A stretch of 64,000 nucleotides of DNA from an uncultured archaeon (GTDB taxonomy: Archaea > Micrarchaeota > Micrarchaeia > Micrarchaeales > CABMGC01), in NCBI GenBank assembly GCA_963830445.1, contig CAWHMC010000013.1:96785-160784 (forward strand), written 5' to 3'. A program made the position numbers and the translations under genes. Position 1 is the first letter of the stretch; each line of letters opens with the position of its first letter. The notes beneath the pieces are model-generated. The model saw only the letters and a list, made by a program, of their open reading frames with translations, searched no databases and was not told the DNA's origin. Shown one piece after another: positions 39,604 through 48,900 of this stretch.

Positions 39604-40071
39604 TCAGGTTACGCCGGAGAATATTCCGCCGGAGCACGAGCCGCCGCTGAGAGAAGGTGCATTAACGGTGTTTGTGCCGGTGCCGCCACCTAACGTGCTG
39701 CCTGTGTTGACGGAGATTATCTGGTTTATGATGAATGGCGCAGCGATGTACAGTATCAGTGCTATTATGCCGCCCATCAGCATACCCATTCCCCAACCCT
39801 GTAGGTTACCACGGAAGTTGCCCGCAGCAGGTAGGAAGTGCGCAAACGCATAGAGCGTTCCGCCCAGTATGAAGAGCATCAAAGCCAGTATGCTTAGAAT
39901 CTGTGAGATGCTGGTTATAACACCGCAAAGCACGTTTTGGACCGTATTTGTGGCCTGCGCGGACGCCAAAGGCATAACCGCAACGCCTATCATGCCGGTT
40001 AGAAAAGCCACGCACAGTAGTATCCTCATTCTCGAAGAGCTCAGATAATTTTTCATTAGATTCGCCTTCAA
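39604..40071 (-). CDS. VirB2/TrbC-like (CedA1/TedC-like) pilin candidate
   Basis: Signal peptide ending ASA-Q, amphipathic helix with LC, two TM helices separated by a short basic loop (AAGNFRGNLQGW), then GGIIALILYIAAPFII. Confidence 0.65.
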   Translation of the reverse strand: MKANLMKNYLSSSRMRILLCVAFLTGMIGVAVMPLASAQATNTVQNVLCGVITSISQILSILALMLFILGGTLYAFAHFLPAAGNFRGNLQGWGMGMLMGGIIALILYIAAPFIINQIISVNTGSTLGGGTGTNTVNAPSLSGGSCSGGIFSGVT

Positions 40072-40089
40072 TCATCCATTATGTAATAT

Positions 40090-40112
40090 ATCAAGATTTA
40101 TATACATTTCTA
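40090..40112 (-). promoter_or_regulatory. BRE/TATA promoter of the pilin-like gene
   Basis: Minus strand agaaatgTATATAAAtc about 25 nt upstream of the start. Confidence 0.55.
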
Positions 40113-40140
40113 TGAGGACGGAGCAGTCGAGAGGCCCTTG

Positions 40141-41658
40141 CTATCCCACCTTGTACACTTTCGCATCGTCGTTCTTGAATAGGAGGGTGAGGCCTGGGAT
40201 ATTGTCCTGGGTCGTGAGCAGCTGCAGGTTGGTGCCGTTCAGGGAGGTATTATAGTAGATTCCGCCCTCCGCCGCAAGCCCTTCGTGCTCGTCGGCCCAA
40301 TAGTTCCTCACCAGCAGGTAGTCGGGACTCACGTTGTACAGATAGGTGAAGTTGCCCGCCCTGGCGAAGAGGAACTGCGGGAACTGCCGCCAGCCGTTGA
40401 CCTGGCCGCTCATGCTGTCGCTGTAGCTCGCCCGCATCCCCAGCCCCTCCACGTAGCTGCCGTCCGGCCAGGCGGTCAGGAAGGTAGCGTTGGCTGCGGT
40501 GTTGTTGCGTATCCACGCGAGCGCGGCCTGGAAGCCCGGGTTCATGCCGTTGCCCGGCCCGTTGAACGGCACCTGGGCGGCGGAGAGTGCAACGCTGACC
40601 GCCAGCACCATGCAGAGGAATAGAACCGTGAACTTCTTAGAGCCGCGGGCCGAGCCGTACAGCTCGGCGAGCGCATAGGCGGTGAAGGTCATGAGCGGCA
40701 TGGCGAGCAGGGAGGACCAACGGATCCCGGTCAGCTGCAGCGCGAAGGTGACGAGTAGTAGGGAGAAGAGCGCCAGGAAGATGAAGTTGTCCTTTCGGCG
40801 GCGCCTGCTAGTGCTGTCCTTGAGCACGTAGATCAGGACGCCGATGGGCGCGATGCCGATGCTGAGTCCTAGCGCGAGCACAAGGTAATTCACCGTGGTG
40901 GGCTGGAGCTCGGCGATTATGCTAACCGCTGATGTAACCCCGAAGATGCCCGAATTCTGCAGGAGCATAAAGAGTATCATGCCGATTATGGCTATCGCAA
41001 CGGCGATGACCACCACCTTCCAGAGCTTCCGAAGCTTCTGCTCAAGGAAGAGCAGGGCGGCGAATAGAGCGATCACCGCGAGAACGTAGATCCCCCCCTT
41101 CCAGATCCACAGGGAGAGCGCTACCGGAAGGATGGCAATGAGTGCTATTGCACGGCTCTTCCGCTCTCTCGCATATATTATTATGATAAGGGTCAGAGCC
41201 ATCAGGAACGGGACCATGCTGTCTCCCCTGTACTCCCCGAAGATGTTCTTCACCAGCGCGCCCTGGGTGATTGCGAACAGAAAGGTGGCGAGGAGCGGCG
41301 AGTACCTGTTGCGGGAGATCTTGGCCGTGAGCACGTACACCGCGAGCATCTCGAGCACCGCGAAGATGACCGGCAGAATAGCAATGGAGAGGAAGAGATT
41401 GTTCGTCAGGTAGGTGAAGAGTATCGGTAGGTAGATTAGGCCTGCTCCCTCATTGTAGGCGTTGTGCACGGGGAAACCGGAGAGCTGCGAGGTCAGAGTC
41501 AGGCCATGTGCCATGGTCTGCTGGGCCACGCTGTAGTAGAAGTAATCGTCCGGATCCATGAACACCCCGAAGTGGAGCGTCAGCAGGCGCAGGAAGGTTC
41601 CGAGAAGTATCACTAGAAGGAGGGCGATTAGGAGTTTCCTGTCCATCTCTTCACACAC
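40141..41658 (-). CDS. Divergent, short STT3/AglB-like oligosaccharyltransferase homolog
   Basis: DPDDYFYY luminal motif, RGD, IIAELQP (TIxE-like), WIRNNT..FLTAWPDG in place of WWDYG. Confidence 0.75.
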   Translation of the reverse strand: MCEEMDRKLLIALLLVILLGTFLRLLTLHFGVFMDPDDYFYYSVAQQTMAHGLTLTSQLSGFPVHNAYNEGAGLIYLPILFTYLTNNLFLSIAILPVIFAVLEMLAVYVLTAKISRNRYSPLLATFLFAITQGALVKNIFGEYRGDSMVPFLMALTLIIIIYARERKSRAIALIAILPVALSLWIWKGGIYVLAVIALFAALLFLEQKLRKLWKVVVIAVAIAIIGMILFMLLQNSGIFGVTSAVSIIAELQPTTVNYLVLALGLSIGIAPIGVLIYVLKDSTSRRRRKDNFIFLALFSLLLVTFALQLTGIRWSSLLAMPLMTFTAYALAELYGSARGSKKFTVLFLCMVLAVSVALSAAQVPFNGPGNGMNPGFQAALAWIRNNTAANATFLTAWPDGSYVEGLGMRASYSDSMSGQVNGWRQFPQFLFARAGNFTYLYNVSPDYLLVRNYWADEHEGLAAEGGIYYNTSLNGTNLQLLTTQDNIPGLTLLFKNDDAKVYKVG

Positions 41659-41659
41659 G

Positions 41660-42571
41660 CTAGTAATGGGATGCTATTATGCCGTCTATTATACCGTGCA
41701 CTCCGATGCCGCCTGTGGCGCGGACCGAGAGCCGGTGGCTGAGTATCGGGCGTGAGAGGAAGTGGATGTCATCCTTGGTCACTTCGTGACGTCCTTCAAG
41801 CAGGGCGCGGGCCTTGGCGGCCTTCATGAAGCCTATGACTGCGCGCGGACTAGCACCCATTACCACGTGTATGTCTGTGCGCGTCGCATCGACTATCTCA
41901 GTTATGTATCGTGCCACTTCGTCAGGCAGAACTATCGTCTTCGACTGCTCCTGCAACTCGAGGATTGCTGCCGTGTCTATTATCTTCTTGACGACCATCT
42001 CCTCCTCCTTCTCCTTTATGCGCAGCATCTGCACCTCTTCATCTGCGTTTGGATAATCGACGTCGATCTTCAGTAGGAACCTGTCTGCAAGCACCTTCGG
42101 GAGCGCTATCGTTCCCTCTATGTTAAGCGGGTTCTGGGTGGCGAACGCGGTGAACGGGCTGGGCAGCTTTATGTCCACTCCGCCGGCGGTGACCTGGCGC
42201 TCTTCTAGCGTCTCGAGCAGGGCGCTCATGGTCTTTGGCGGCATCCTGTTGAGCTCGTCTATGAGGAAGATGTTGGTGAACACCGGGCCCTTGTTGAACT
42301 TTATGTTGCGGTCAACGTCGGCGTAGGTGGCTCCGAGTATGTCTGTGGGTGTTATGTCTGGGGTGCCCTGGATGCGCTTGAAGTCAGCCTGGATCGTGTC
42401 GGCGAGCGCCTTGGTCATGGTCGTCTTGGCGACTCCTGGCACCCCTTCCAGGAGGGCGTGGCCGTTGGCCACGATGGCGATGACCATCAGCTGGATGGTC
42501 TCCACCTTGCCCGAGATGTGCTTCTTCATCTCCTCAAGGATCTCCTTGTACACCAGGTTCGCATCCATCAA
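41660..42571 (-). CDS. moxR: MoxR family AAA+ ATPase
   Basis: LEGVPGVAKT, RIQGTPD, GPVF, IDELNR, ATQNP, DRF, GASPR. Confidence 0.92.
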   Translation of the reverse strand: MMDANLVYKEILEEMKKHISGKVETIQLMVIAIVANGHALLEGVPGVAKTTMTKALADTIQADFKRIQGTPDITPTDILGATYADVDRNIKFNKGPVFTNIFLIDELNRMPPKTMSALLETLEERQVTAGGVDIKLPSPFTAFATQNPLNIEGTIALPKVLADRFLLKIDVDYPNADEEVQMLRIKEKEEEMVVKKIIDTAAILELQEQSKTIVLPDEVARYITEIVDATRTDIHVVMGASPRAVIGFMKAAKARALLEGRHEVTKDDIHFLSRPILSHRLSVRATGGIGVHGIIDGIIASHY

Positions 42572-42647
42572 AAAAGCCCATAGAATACTTGAACAAAAGG
42601 TTTATAATAGGTTTATGGCTAAATAGTATCGTGGAAGGTAGATATTC

Positions 42648-42986
42648 ATGAGCAGCAACAATGAGAAATCCAGCCGCCTCTCATCCATACCGGAGGCATT
42701 AGAGATACTTAAGGCACGCAAGAAGGACGGCGAGCTCGGCTACGAGCAGACGCTGGCGCACGACCACGCGGAGAAGTTCGCGAAGCTCGACGTCGCGCAG
42801 AGCAGGAAGCTCGCGAAGGAGATCGAGGACCTGGGCCTGAGCGCCAAGGCGGCCGTCTCGATAGCGGACACCATGCCAGTCGACATAATACAGATGAAGC
42901 AGATACTAGCGAACGAGAAGAAGAGCGTCGAGCCCGAAACTGCAGAGAAGGCGATGGCGATAGTGGAGAAGCACCGCAGCAAGTGA
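42648..42986 (+). CDS. rpoF: RNA polymerase subunit F (Rpo4)
   Basis: SIPEA..IL, LGYEQ..HAEKFAKL, IADTMP; conserved adjacency to DUF655. Confidence 0.85.
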   Translation: MSSNNEKSSRLSSIPEALEILKARKKDGELGYEQTLAHDHAEKFAKLDVAQSRKLAKEIEDLGLSAKAAVSIADTMPVDIIQMKQILANEKKSVEPETAEKAMAIVEKHRSK

Positions 42987-43588
42987 GGATGCACGAGATG
43001 GTCGAATGCCTGAAGTTGAGCAGAGAAGGGAGGATCTGGAAGAAGTATGCTGTTGTCCTAGACTATCTCCCCACAGGAAAATCCTTCTCGGTAAGATCAG
43101 AGCCCATAGCCCAGCTGCTGGGCGAGACAAGATTCACGCTTCTTGAAGCTGTGCCCAAGAGCCCCGAGATAAAGGTGGGCGAGCGCCTGTACATAGGGAA
43201 GGGCGAGCGGGACAAGATTGCACTTATAAAGACGCGGCTCACCTACACAAGTCTGACGGAGGGGGCGAAGAATGAGCTCCCCAACGCGATCAACGGGGTG
43301 CTGCACAGGAACGAGAAGAAGTTCGTGGACTTCTTCAACAACGCCTCGCCGCTGAACATAAGGCTGCACTCGCTGGAGCTGCTGCCCGGAGTCGGGAAGA
43401 AGCATCTCACCGCCATACTTGACGCAAGAGAGGAGAAACCTTTTGAGAGCTTCGAGGACATCGGAGCGCGCGTCTCGCTGCTTCAGGATCCGGTCAAGCT
43501 TCTCATGGAGCGCGTGCTCATCGAGTTGAAAGGCGACACCCGCTTCTACATACTCGCTCGGCCTCCGAGCGTTCCGCGGCCCTACTGA
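42983..43588 (+). CDS. DUF655 family OB-fold/HhH nucleic-acid-binding protein
   Basis: YAVVLDYLP, FTLLE, FVDFFN, RLHSLELLPGVGKK, FESFED. True start may be ATG 43006 with an indel near 43044. Confidence 0.88.
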   Translation: MRMHEMVECLKLSREGRIWKKYAVVLDYLPTGKSFSVRSEPIAQLLGETRFTLLEAVPKSPEIKVGERLYIGKGERDKIALIKTRLTYTSLTEGAKNELPNAINGVLHRNEKKFVDFFNNASPLNIRLHSLELLPGVGKKHLTAILDAREEKPFESFEDIGARVSLLQDPVKLLMERVLIELKGDTRFYILARPPSVPRPY

Positions 43589-43603
43589 GACGCTGGTTTT
43601 TGG

Positions 43604-44185
43604 TTGGAGTACCAGATAATCCTCGGTGCGGTTGCAACAATAGTCGGACTCTCAGGATACCTGCCCTACTTCAAGGACCTTATAAAAGGGAGCATCAAGC
43701 CGCACATGTTCTCCTGGTTGGTGTGGGGACTTGCGGAGGGGCTGTCGGCCTACGGCTCTTTTATCAAAGGCGGAGGAGCGGGCACCTGGTTCTCGGGGGC
43801 GGGAGCGTGCCTCTGCTTTGTCGTCTTCTTCATCTCAATCTCCAGGGGAGAGAAGAGGATAACAAGACTCGATTGCATCGGCCTGGGCGGAGCTCTGGCC
43901 GGTATCGTAATATGGATAGCCACAAGCAATCCGCTGGGCGCGGTGGTGATGGCGGCCATGGTCGACAGTCTCGGCTTCATTCCCACATTCAGGAAGTCCT
44001 ACTCGAAACCGGGGGAGGAAGCGATCTCCATATATCTCACCAGCTTCTTCGGATTCGGAATCTCCCTGCTGGCACTGCAGGCTGTGAACCTTACGACTGT
44101 TTTATATCCCGCCGTGGCGACCATAACGGCCGGCGCTCTGGTGGTATTCATACTTATTCGGAGGAGCAGGCCTGGCAAGACCTAG
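43604..44185 (+). CDS. Six-TM membrane protein with PQ-loop/SemiSWEET-like internal duplication
   Basis: YLPY..IKG.IKP..FSW repeated as FIPT.RKSY.KP.EE. Confidence 0.6.
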   Translation: MEYQIILGAVATIVGLSGYLPYFKDLIKGSIKPHMFSWLVWGLAEGLSAYGSFIKGGGAGTWFSGAGACLCFVVFFISISRGEKRITRLDCIGLGGALAGIVIWIATSNPLGAVVMAAMVDSLGFIPTFRKSYSKPGEEAISIYLTSFFGFGISLLALQAVNLTTVLYPAVATITAGALVVFILIRRSRPGKT

Positions 44186-44197
44186 GAGAATCAGTTC

Positions 44198-45847
44198 TCA
44201 CTCGTTGACTAGCTCGTTGCCTTTAACATGAGTCACTTCTTGGCCGAAGTAGAGAGAGCCGTTCACCAGGAATGCGGCCCTGTCCAGCCTGCTGGATTTC
44301 TGCGTTGAGTCCTTGGCCAACTTCAGAAGCTGCTCCTCGGTAAGCGCCATCGCCCTGCTGACTGCCAGATTGTCGTCATTACCCATTGCCCTGTATAGAG
44401 GACCCTGGAAAAGTGCAGAGGGATTGTAGAAATCTTGCAGCTGCTCTGCTCGGATGTATTCGCCCAGTGGGCCCATCCCCAGAGCCATCAGGTAGCTCTC
44501 CCGGCGCGTCAACGGTCGATCCACCGCCTGTTCGAGGACTTTGGCTACCAAAGAGTTGTCGGAGAGAATACCCATTGCCATCAGGGTGGGGGCTTGCCGC
44601 AGATTCCTGACGTTAGTCATATCGATGTCCCGCTTTTTCGGGATGTTGTAATAGCCGTTCGCGTTGCGGATGTCGATGCACAACACGGCGTTGAGCATGT
44701 CGAGCTTGCCGAGTTCGGGGAAGAGTTTGACAGTCTGCACCAGTCTTGCCTCGAGGGCCCGCTCCGTCATCCGCTGAGCAAGATGCGAATCCAATGTTCT
44801 CTGATGTAACTCAGCGCAACGTTCAGCCAGCTCGTCGAGAGTAGGATTGCCATTCTTCACAAGATTGTCCCACGCCCTGTGCCACTGCTCTCTGTAGGCG
44901 AAGAACGCCTGGTCTTCCTTGGTGTAGGCTGAAAGCGGCGCGACCTTTGTGCCCAGGAGGCCCGCGGTTGCGAGTAGGGTCGCTTGGCAGTCGGAGAGCT
45001 CGGGCATCTGCACCTTGACATAATCTATGCACTTGCCTATTATCTCCCTTGAACCTGGGATGCCCCTCACGACCTCGTCGCTCATGCGCTCCTTGCCGAA
45101 CGGCACCAGGCCCCGGGTGGTCGGATTCTCGTGAACCAGCTTTTGCACGAGAGGCTCAATATTAGATAATGTGAAGTTGGCCTTCTTGCACCAGGCCGCA
45201 TAGCCCTCCTCCGGCACGTTAAGATTGTCTATGAGCAGTATATGCCAATCCGCTTTGCCCAGCCCCGCTTCATGCATTATCGAGTATACCTTCAGCCCTG
45301 CGGGGATGCCGCTGTCGTAGTCCACTGCATCCACAGAAAATCTGCAGTACTTATCGTAGGTCGGCAGCTTCAGGTCTTCAGATGAAACGGCCGGCTCTGG
45401 GTTGATCGTCGGCATTGCCGGCGCATCTACCTGCGGCTTGGTCGCTGCCACGAAGCCCGGCCTGCGGCTCTGTAGGACGAGCAGGAAGTTACACAGTATG
45501 GGCTCGACTACCGCCTGGGCCATTGGATCGTTAATGTCCCCAGACCTTTTGATTAGTTTCTCTGCGGCCGCCCTTAGGGTCGGATCGGCGATGTCAACTC
45601 CGGAAGCCTTCAGCTTGTCCCACACGGCCGTAGGAATCGGATCCTTCTGAATTATACCTTCAGTCGTCTGGGCACCGGCAGGAGTTGGCACAAGGAACAG
45701 GCCGGCCGCGAATGCCGATGTTAAGAGCCTCCGGGTAAACGCCCTGCGCAGCGGCTTGAGGACCCGTTCGGGGCGTTCAGACGTGGTGCGCCGCGGCTGC
45801 AGCAGGCTCGGTCCCACATGCTCATTTGGCTTTGCAGATACCACCAT
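44198..45847 (-). CDS. Hypothetical secreted protein (549 aa), possible twin-arginine-like signal
   Basis: RRAFTRRLL followed by a hydrophobic stretch and AGA cleavage site; no family recognised. Confidence 0.6.
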   Translation of the reverse strand: MVVSAKPNEHVGPSLLQPRRTTSERPERVLKPLRRAFTRRLLTSAFAAGLFLVPTPAGAQTTEGIIQKDPIPTAVWDKLKASGVDIADPTLRAAAEKLIKRSGDINDPMAQAVVEPILCNFLLVLQSRRPGFVAATKPQVDAPAMPTINPEPAVSSEDLKLPTYDKYCRFSVDAVDYDSGIPAGLKVYSIMHEAGLGKADWHILLIDNLNVPEEGYAAWCKKANFTLSNIEPLVQKLVHENPTTRGLVPFGKERMSDEVVRGIPGSREIIGKCIDYVKVQMPELSDCQATLLATAGLLGTKVAPLSAYTKEDQAFFAYREQWHRAWDNLVKNGNPTLDELAERCAELHQRTLDSHLAQRMTERALEARLVQTVKLFPELGKLDMLNAVLCIDIRNANGYYNIPKKRDIDMTNVRNLRQAPTLMAMGILSDNSLVAKVLEQAVDRPLTRRESYLMALGMGPLGEYIRAEQLQDFYNPSALFQGPLYRAMGNDDNLAVSRAMALTEEQLLKLAKDSTQKSSRLDRAAFLVNGSLYFGQEVTHVKGNELVNE

Positions 45848-45905
45848 TAATACACAATATCCTCTGTGACTATATGGTATTTATTGGTATCCCATGCTTC
45901 CTTTT

Positions 45906-48900
45906 TCAGCGCTTTCGGGCCCTTGACGAGCTGCGTCGCTTCGGGGAGTTCCTGCGGCCGCTCCGCAGTTGCGCCGACCGGTCATGCCTTACCTTCAATG
46001 CCATGAGCACAACCGCTCCGACTACTGCGCAGAGCACCTCCGCCACACCGAGGTCCCCATAGCCGAGTTCAAAGAGACCGACGTTGACGACCTCGCCGGT
46101 GGCGTTCGGGGTCCAGACGTAGTTGTATACTGCGAAACCGTTCGACGTGCTGCTGAGTATCGAACCTGCCTGCTGCGCAGCGGCGCCGAGCGGATTGTCG
46201 TTGACCACATTGGCAGACTGTGTAAGCACTGGCTGGGTGGAGAGTATGGGCTCGGGACCCGGCGAGCCGTAGTACTGGGCTTCGATCGTTGAGGTGGCCA
46301 GGCCGCAGGCGACGACGTTGGTGCTGAAGTACCCTATCGCGTTCGTGGTCACTGCGTTGAACAGGCCCAGCTGGCTTGTGCAGATGCCGTTGCCGTCGAA
46401 GCTCTGCACGAAGCAGTACTGCTGCGCCGTTGTGCCGGTCAGTCCGCCGTTCAGCTGCGAGCAGGTTGCCGGCAGGCCTCCTACGCCGTAGATGTTGCAG
46501 TTGAAGTTCGTCTGCTGGAGCAGGCTCTGGGGCGGCGGGCCGCAGGCGCCCGTGGAGTTGTAGGAGGGGGAGTAGGTGTCGACTATTGCGGATGCTATCT
46601 GGCTCGGATTGATCGGGCTGGCGAGCACGCAGTTGGAGACGTAGTTGCCGGCCGCGTAGGCACTGAGTGCATTCTGGAACGCGCACAGCTGCGCGTACAT
46701 CACGTTCGCATTGCCGCCTAGACTTGCAGCGGAGAGTAGCTGCGGCGGTGCGGTCACTCCCACGCCGGTCGTGTAGGAGGTAACCGAGCCGGGAAGGTTC
46801 ACCGAGCTGGTGGCAAGGCCGTTGAAGTTGATGTTGTTGTCGTAGTACAGGTATATCGGAGCGTTGGCAGCGGGTAGAACTGGTTGCCCTGGGAGTTGTA
46901 GGCATAGTAGCCAGCGTAGCCGTTGATGTTAATGGTAGTGGAATTGGGATTCAGTGGGTTTACCGCCGGGGTCACGTTGAGCTGTATTACCGTCTGGTTC
47001 GCAATATCGGCGTCAATGGGCACGTAGAGGGTGTTGTTGAAGCGGTCCCGCAGGACGAAGATGAGTCGCCGGTAGCCGTAGGGAATGTCGGGCTGCGTGG
47101 AGAGCAGAGTCTGTCGCACGACGCACTGCTGAGCAGGCTGGAAAGAGTGGTGAGCGACTCCGATCCGTTGATCAGGAGGCTCAGCGGGTTGTTGTAGACC
47201 TCGCGCTTGTACCAGCTGAAGAGGTTCACGGTGTGATGCCGACGCCATTGACCAGAACTGTGTTGTAGGTGAATGCTGCGGCCGAGTTGGCGAACGTGAC
47301 TATCTGCGCGTTGGTCAACTGACTTAGCGTGCTTAGCTGCGTCCCGGAGCTGAGTCCGCCGTTTAGCGCGGATGCGCCGAGATTCGTGAGCGAGACCTTT
47401 GGAGAGTTCGGAACGTTAACAGGCTCTGAGTTTATGGTAAGGTAGGTGAGACTGGGTCCATTGCCGAGCGGGTTCTGGGCCGAGAAGCCGCCGAAGCCCA
47501 CGCTCTCGAAGTTGTTGAAGTAGGTCATGTAGTTCAGCTGCTGGGTGGCGTTGACCACGAGCTGGGAGTTGGAGGTGGCGCTTGAGGTTATGTTTATGTA
47601 GAGGTTCCCGAAGAGGCGGTTGCCGGTGATGTTAAGGAAGATGTGCGGATCAAGTACCACTCCCACGTCGGAGAGGTTGGGCACATAGTAGCCCTGGTTG
47701 CCCCCGCTGGTGTAGCGCAGGTAGGTGTCTCCGCCCTCGATGGGCGCATTATTGGGCGGCGAGGTGGTGGTGGGCGAGAAGGCGTAATCATAGTTTATCC
47801 AGGTCGCCGGAGACGGGTTCTGCTGAGAATAGGCCGCCGGCAGAGCTGTCGATGCCAGATCGCAATCGGTCGTGCAGGCCGTGTCCGTTACGGTATAGGC
47901 AGTGGCAGCAACCCCGGGCAGGCGCCACAGGAGATTCCGAACAGGGCGCCGCAGGCGGCGAGGCATACGTCGAGCGCGGCCTGCGAGGCGGCCTGCGCGT
48001 ACACATCGCACACTGTATTCAATGTGGAGCTCTCAGGAGAGGTGTCGCTTATGCTCTGCGTTATCGTCGCTTGGTACTCATAGGGTATGATCGTCATGCC
48101 GCTGACGCTGCTGGAGAGCTGCGGCATTATTATGTTGGCCGAAGGGGACGATCGGCAGGCTCGCGAGGCTTGTGCCCAGCTGGGAGAGATCAAGGGAATT
48201 CGAGCCATAGCCGTTGCATCCTATCGGTAGTTGCGAGTTTGCAACTGCGGCGAGGCAGGGTTGGGAGGCAGTGGACTTGGTCGCTGGAGAACCTGAGCCG
48301 CTGCTGAATGCGCTGCTGAACTGGTTTGGTATGGCAGCTATGGGCGGCGAACCTAGGTTCTCGTAGTACTTGAACGGATCGGAAAAGTAGTAGACTGGCT
48401 CAGCCATGTTTGAGACTGATGGCGAGTAGACGCACGGCCCATTGGAAACTGAGCCGGTCTGTTGCGAATTGAGGGTGCTGTAGCAGGAGTATCCCGGATA
48501 GCCGCTGTAGGGCTTGGTGTAGTTCTCTATCGGGAAGTTAGCGATCAAGAGTTCGCCGTAGCCGAGGTTTTGCTTTATGTTGTTCGGGAAGAGGAATGAG
48601 GCGGTGTTATTGTAGCTGACAGAGAAGCCTACGCCTTGTGGTATGTATTTGCTGTTGCCGCAGTCATCAGTGGATGTGCATATGACGGAGGGACCAATCG
48701 GGTAATAGTTTCCGTAATAGTTCTTTAGGTTTCCAGTGAGAGTAGGTGCAGGTACTTGTTGAGCAGAAAGAGACGATCTGGCTGGCGGATCCGTATGCGC
48801 TTCCTCCGGAGCCGGGGGTACCTACGGCAGTCACGTTAGCTGAGAGTATCCAGCCGTACGGAGGATAGACAGTCTGCCCGGCGCTTCCGGATTGTACAAG

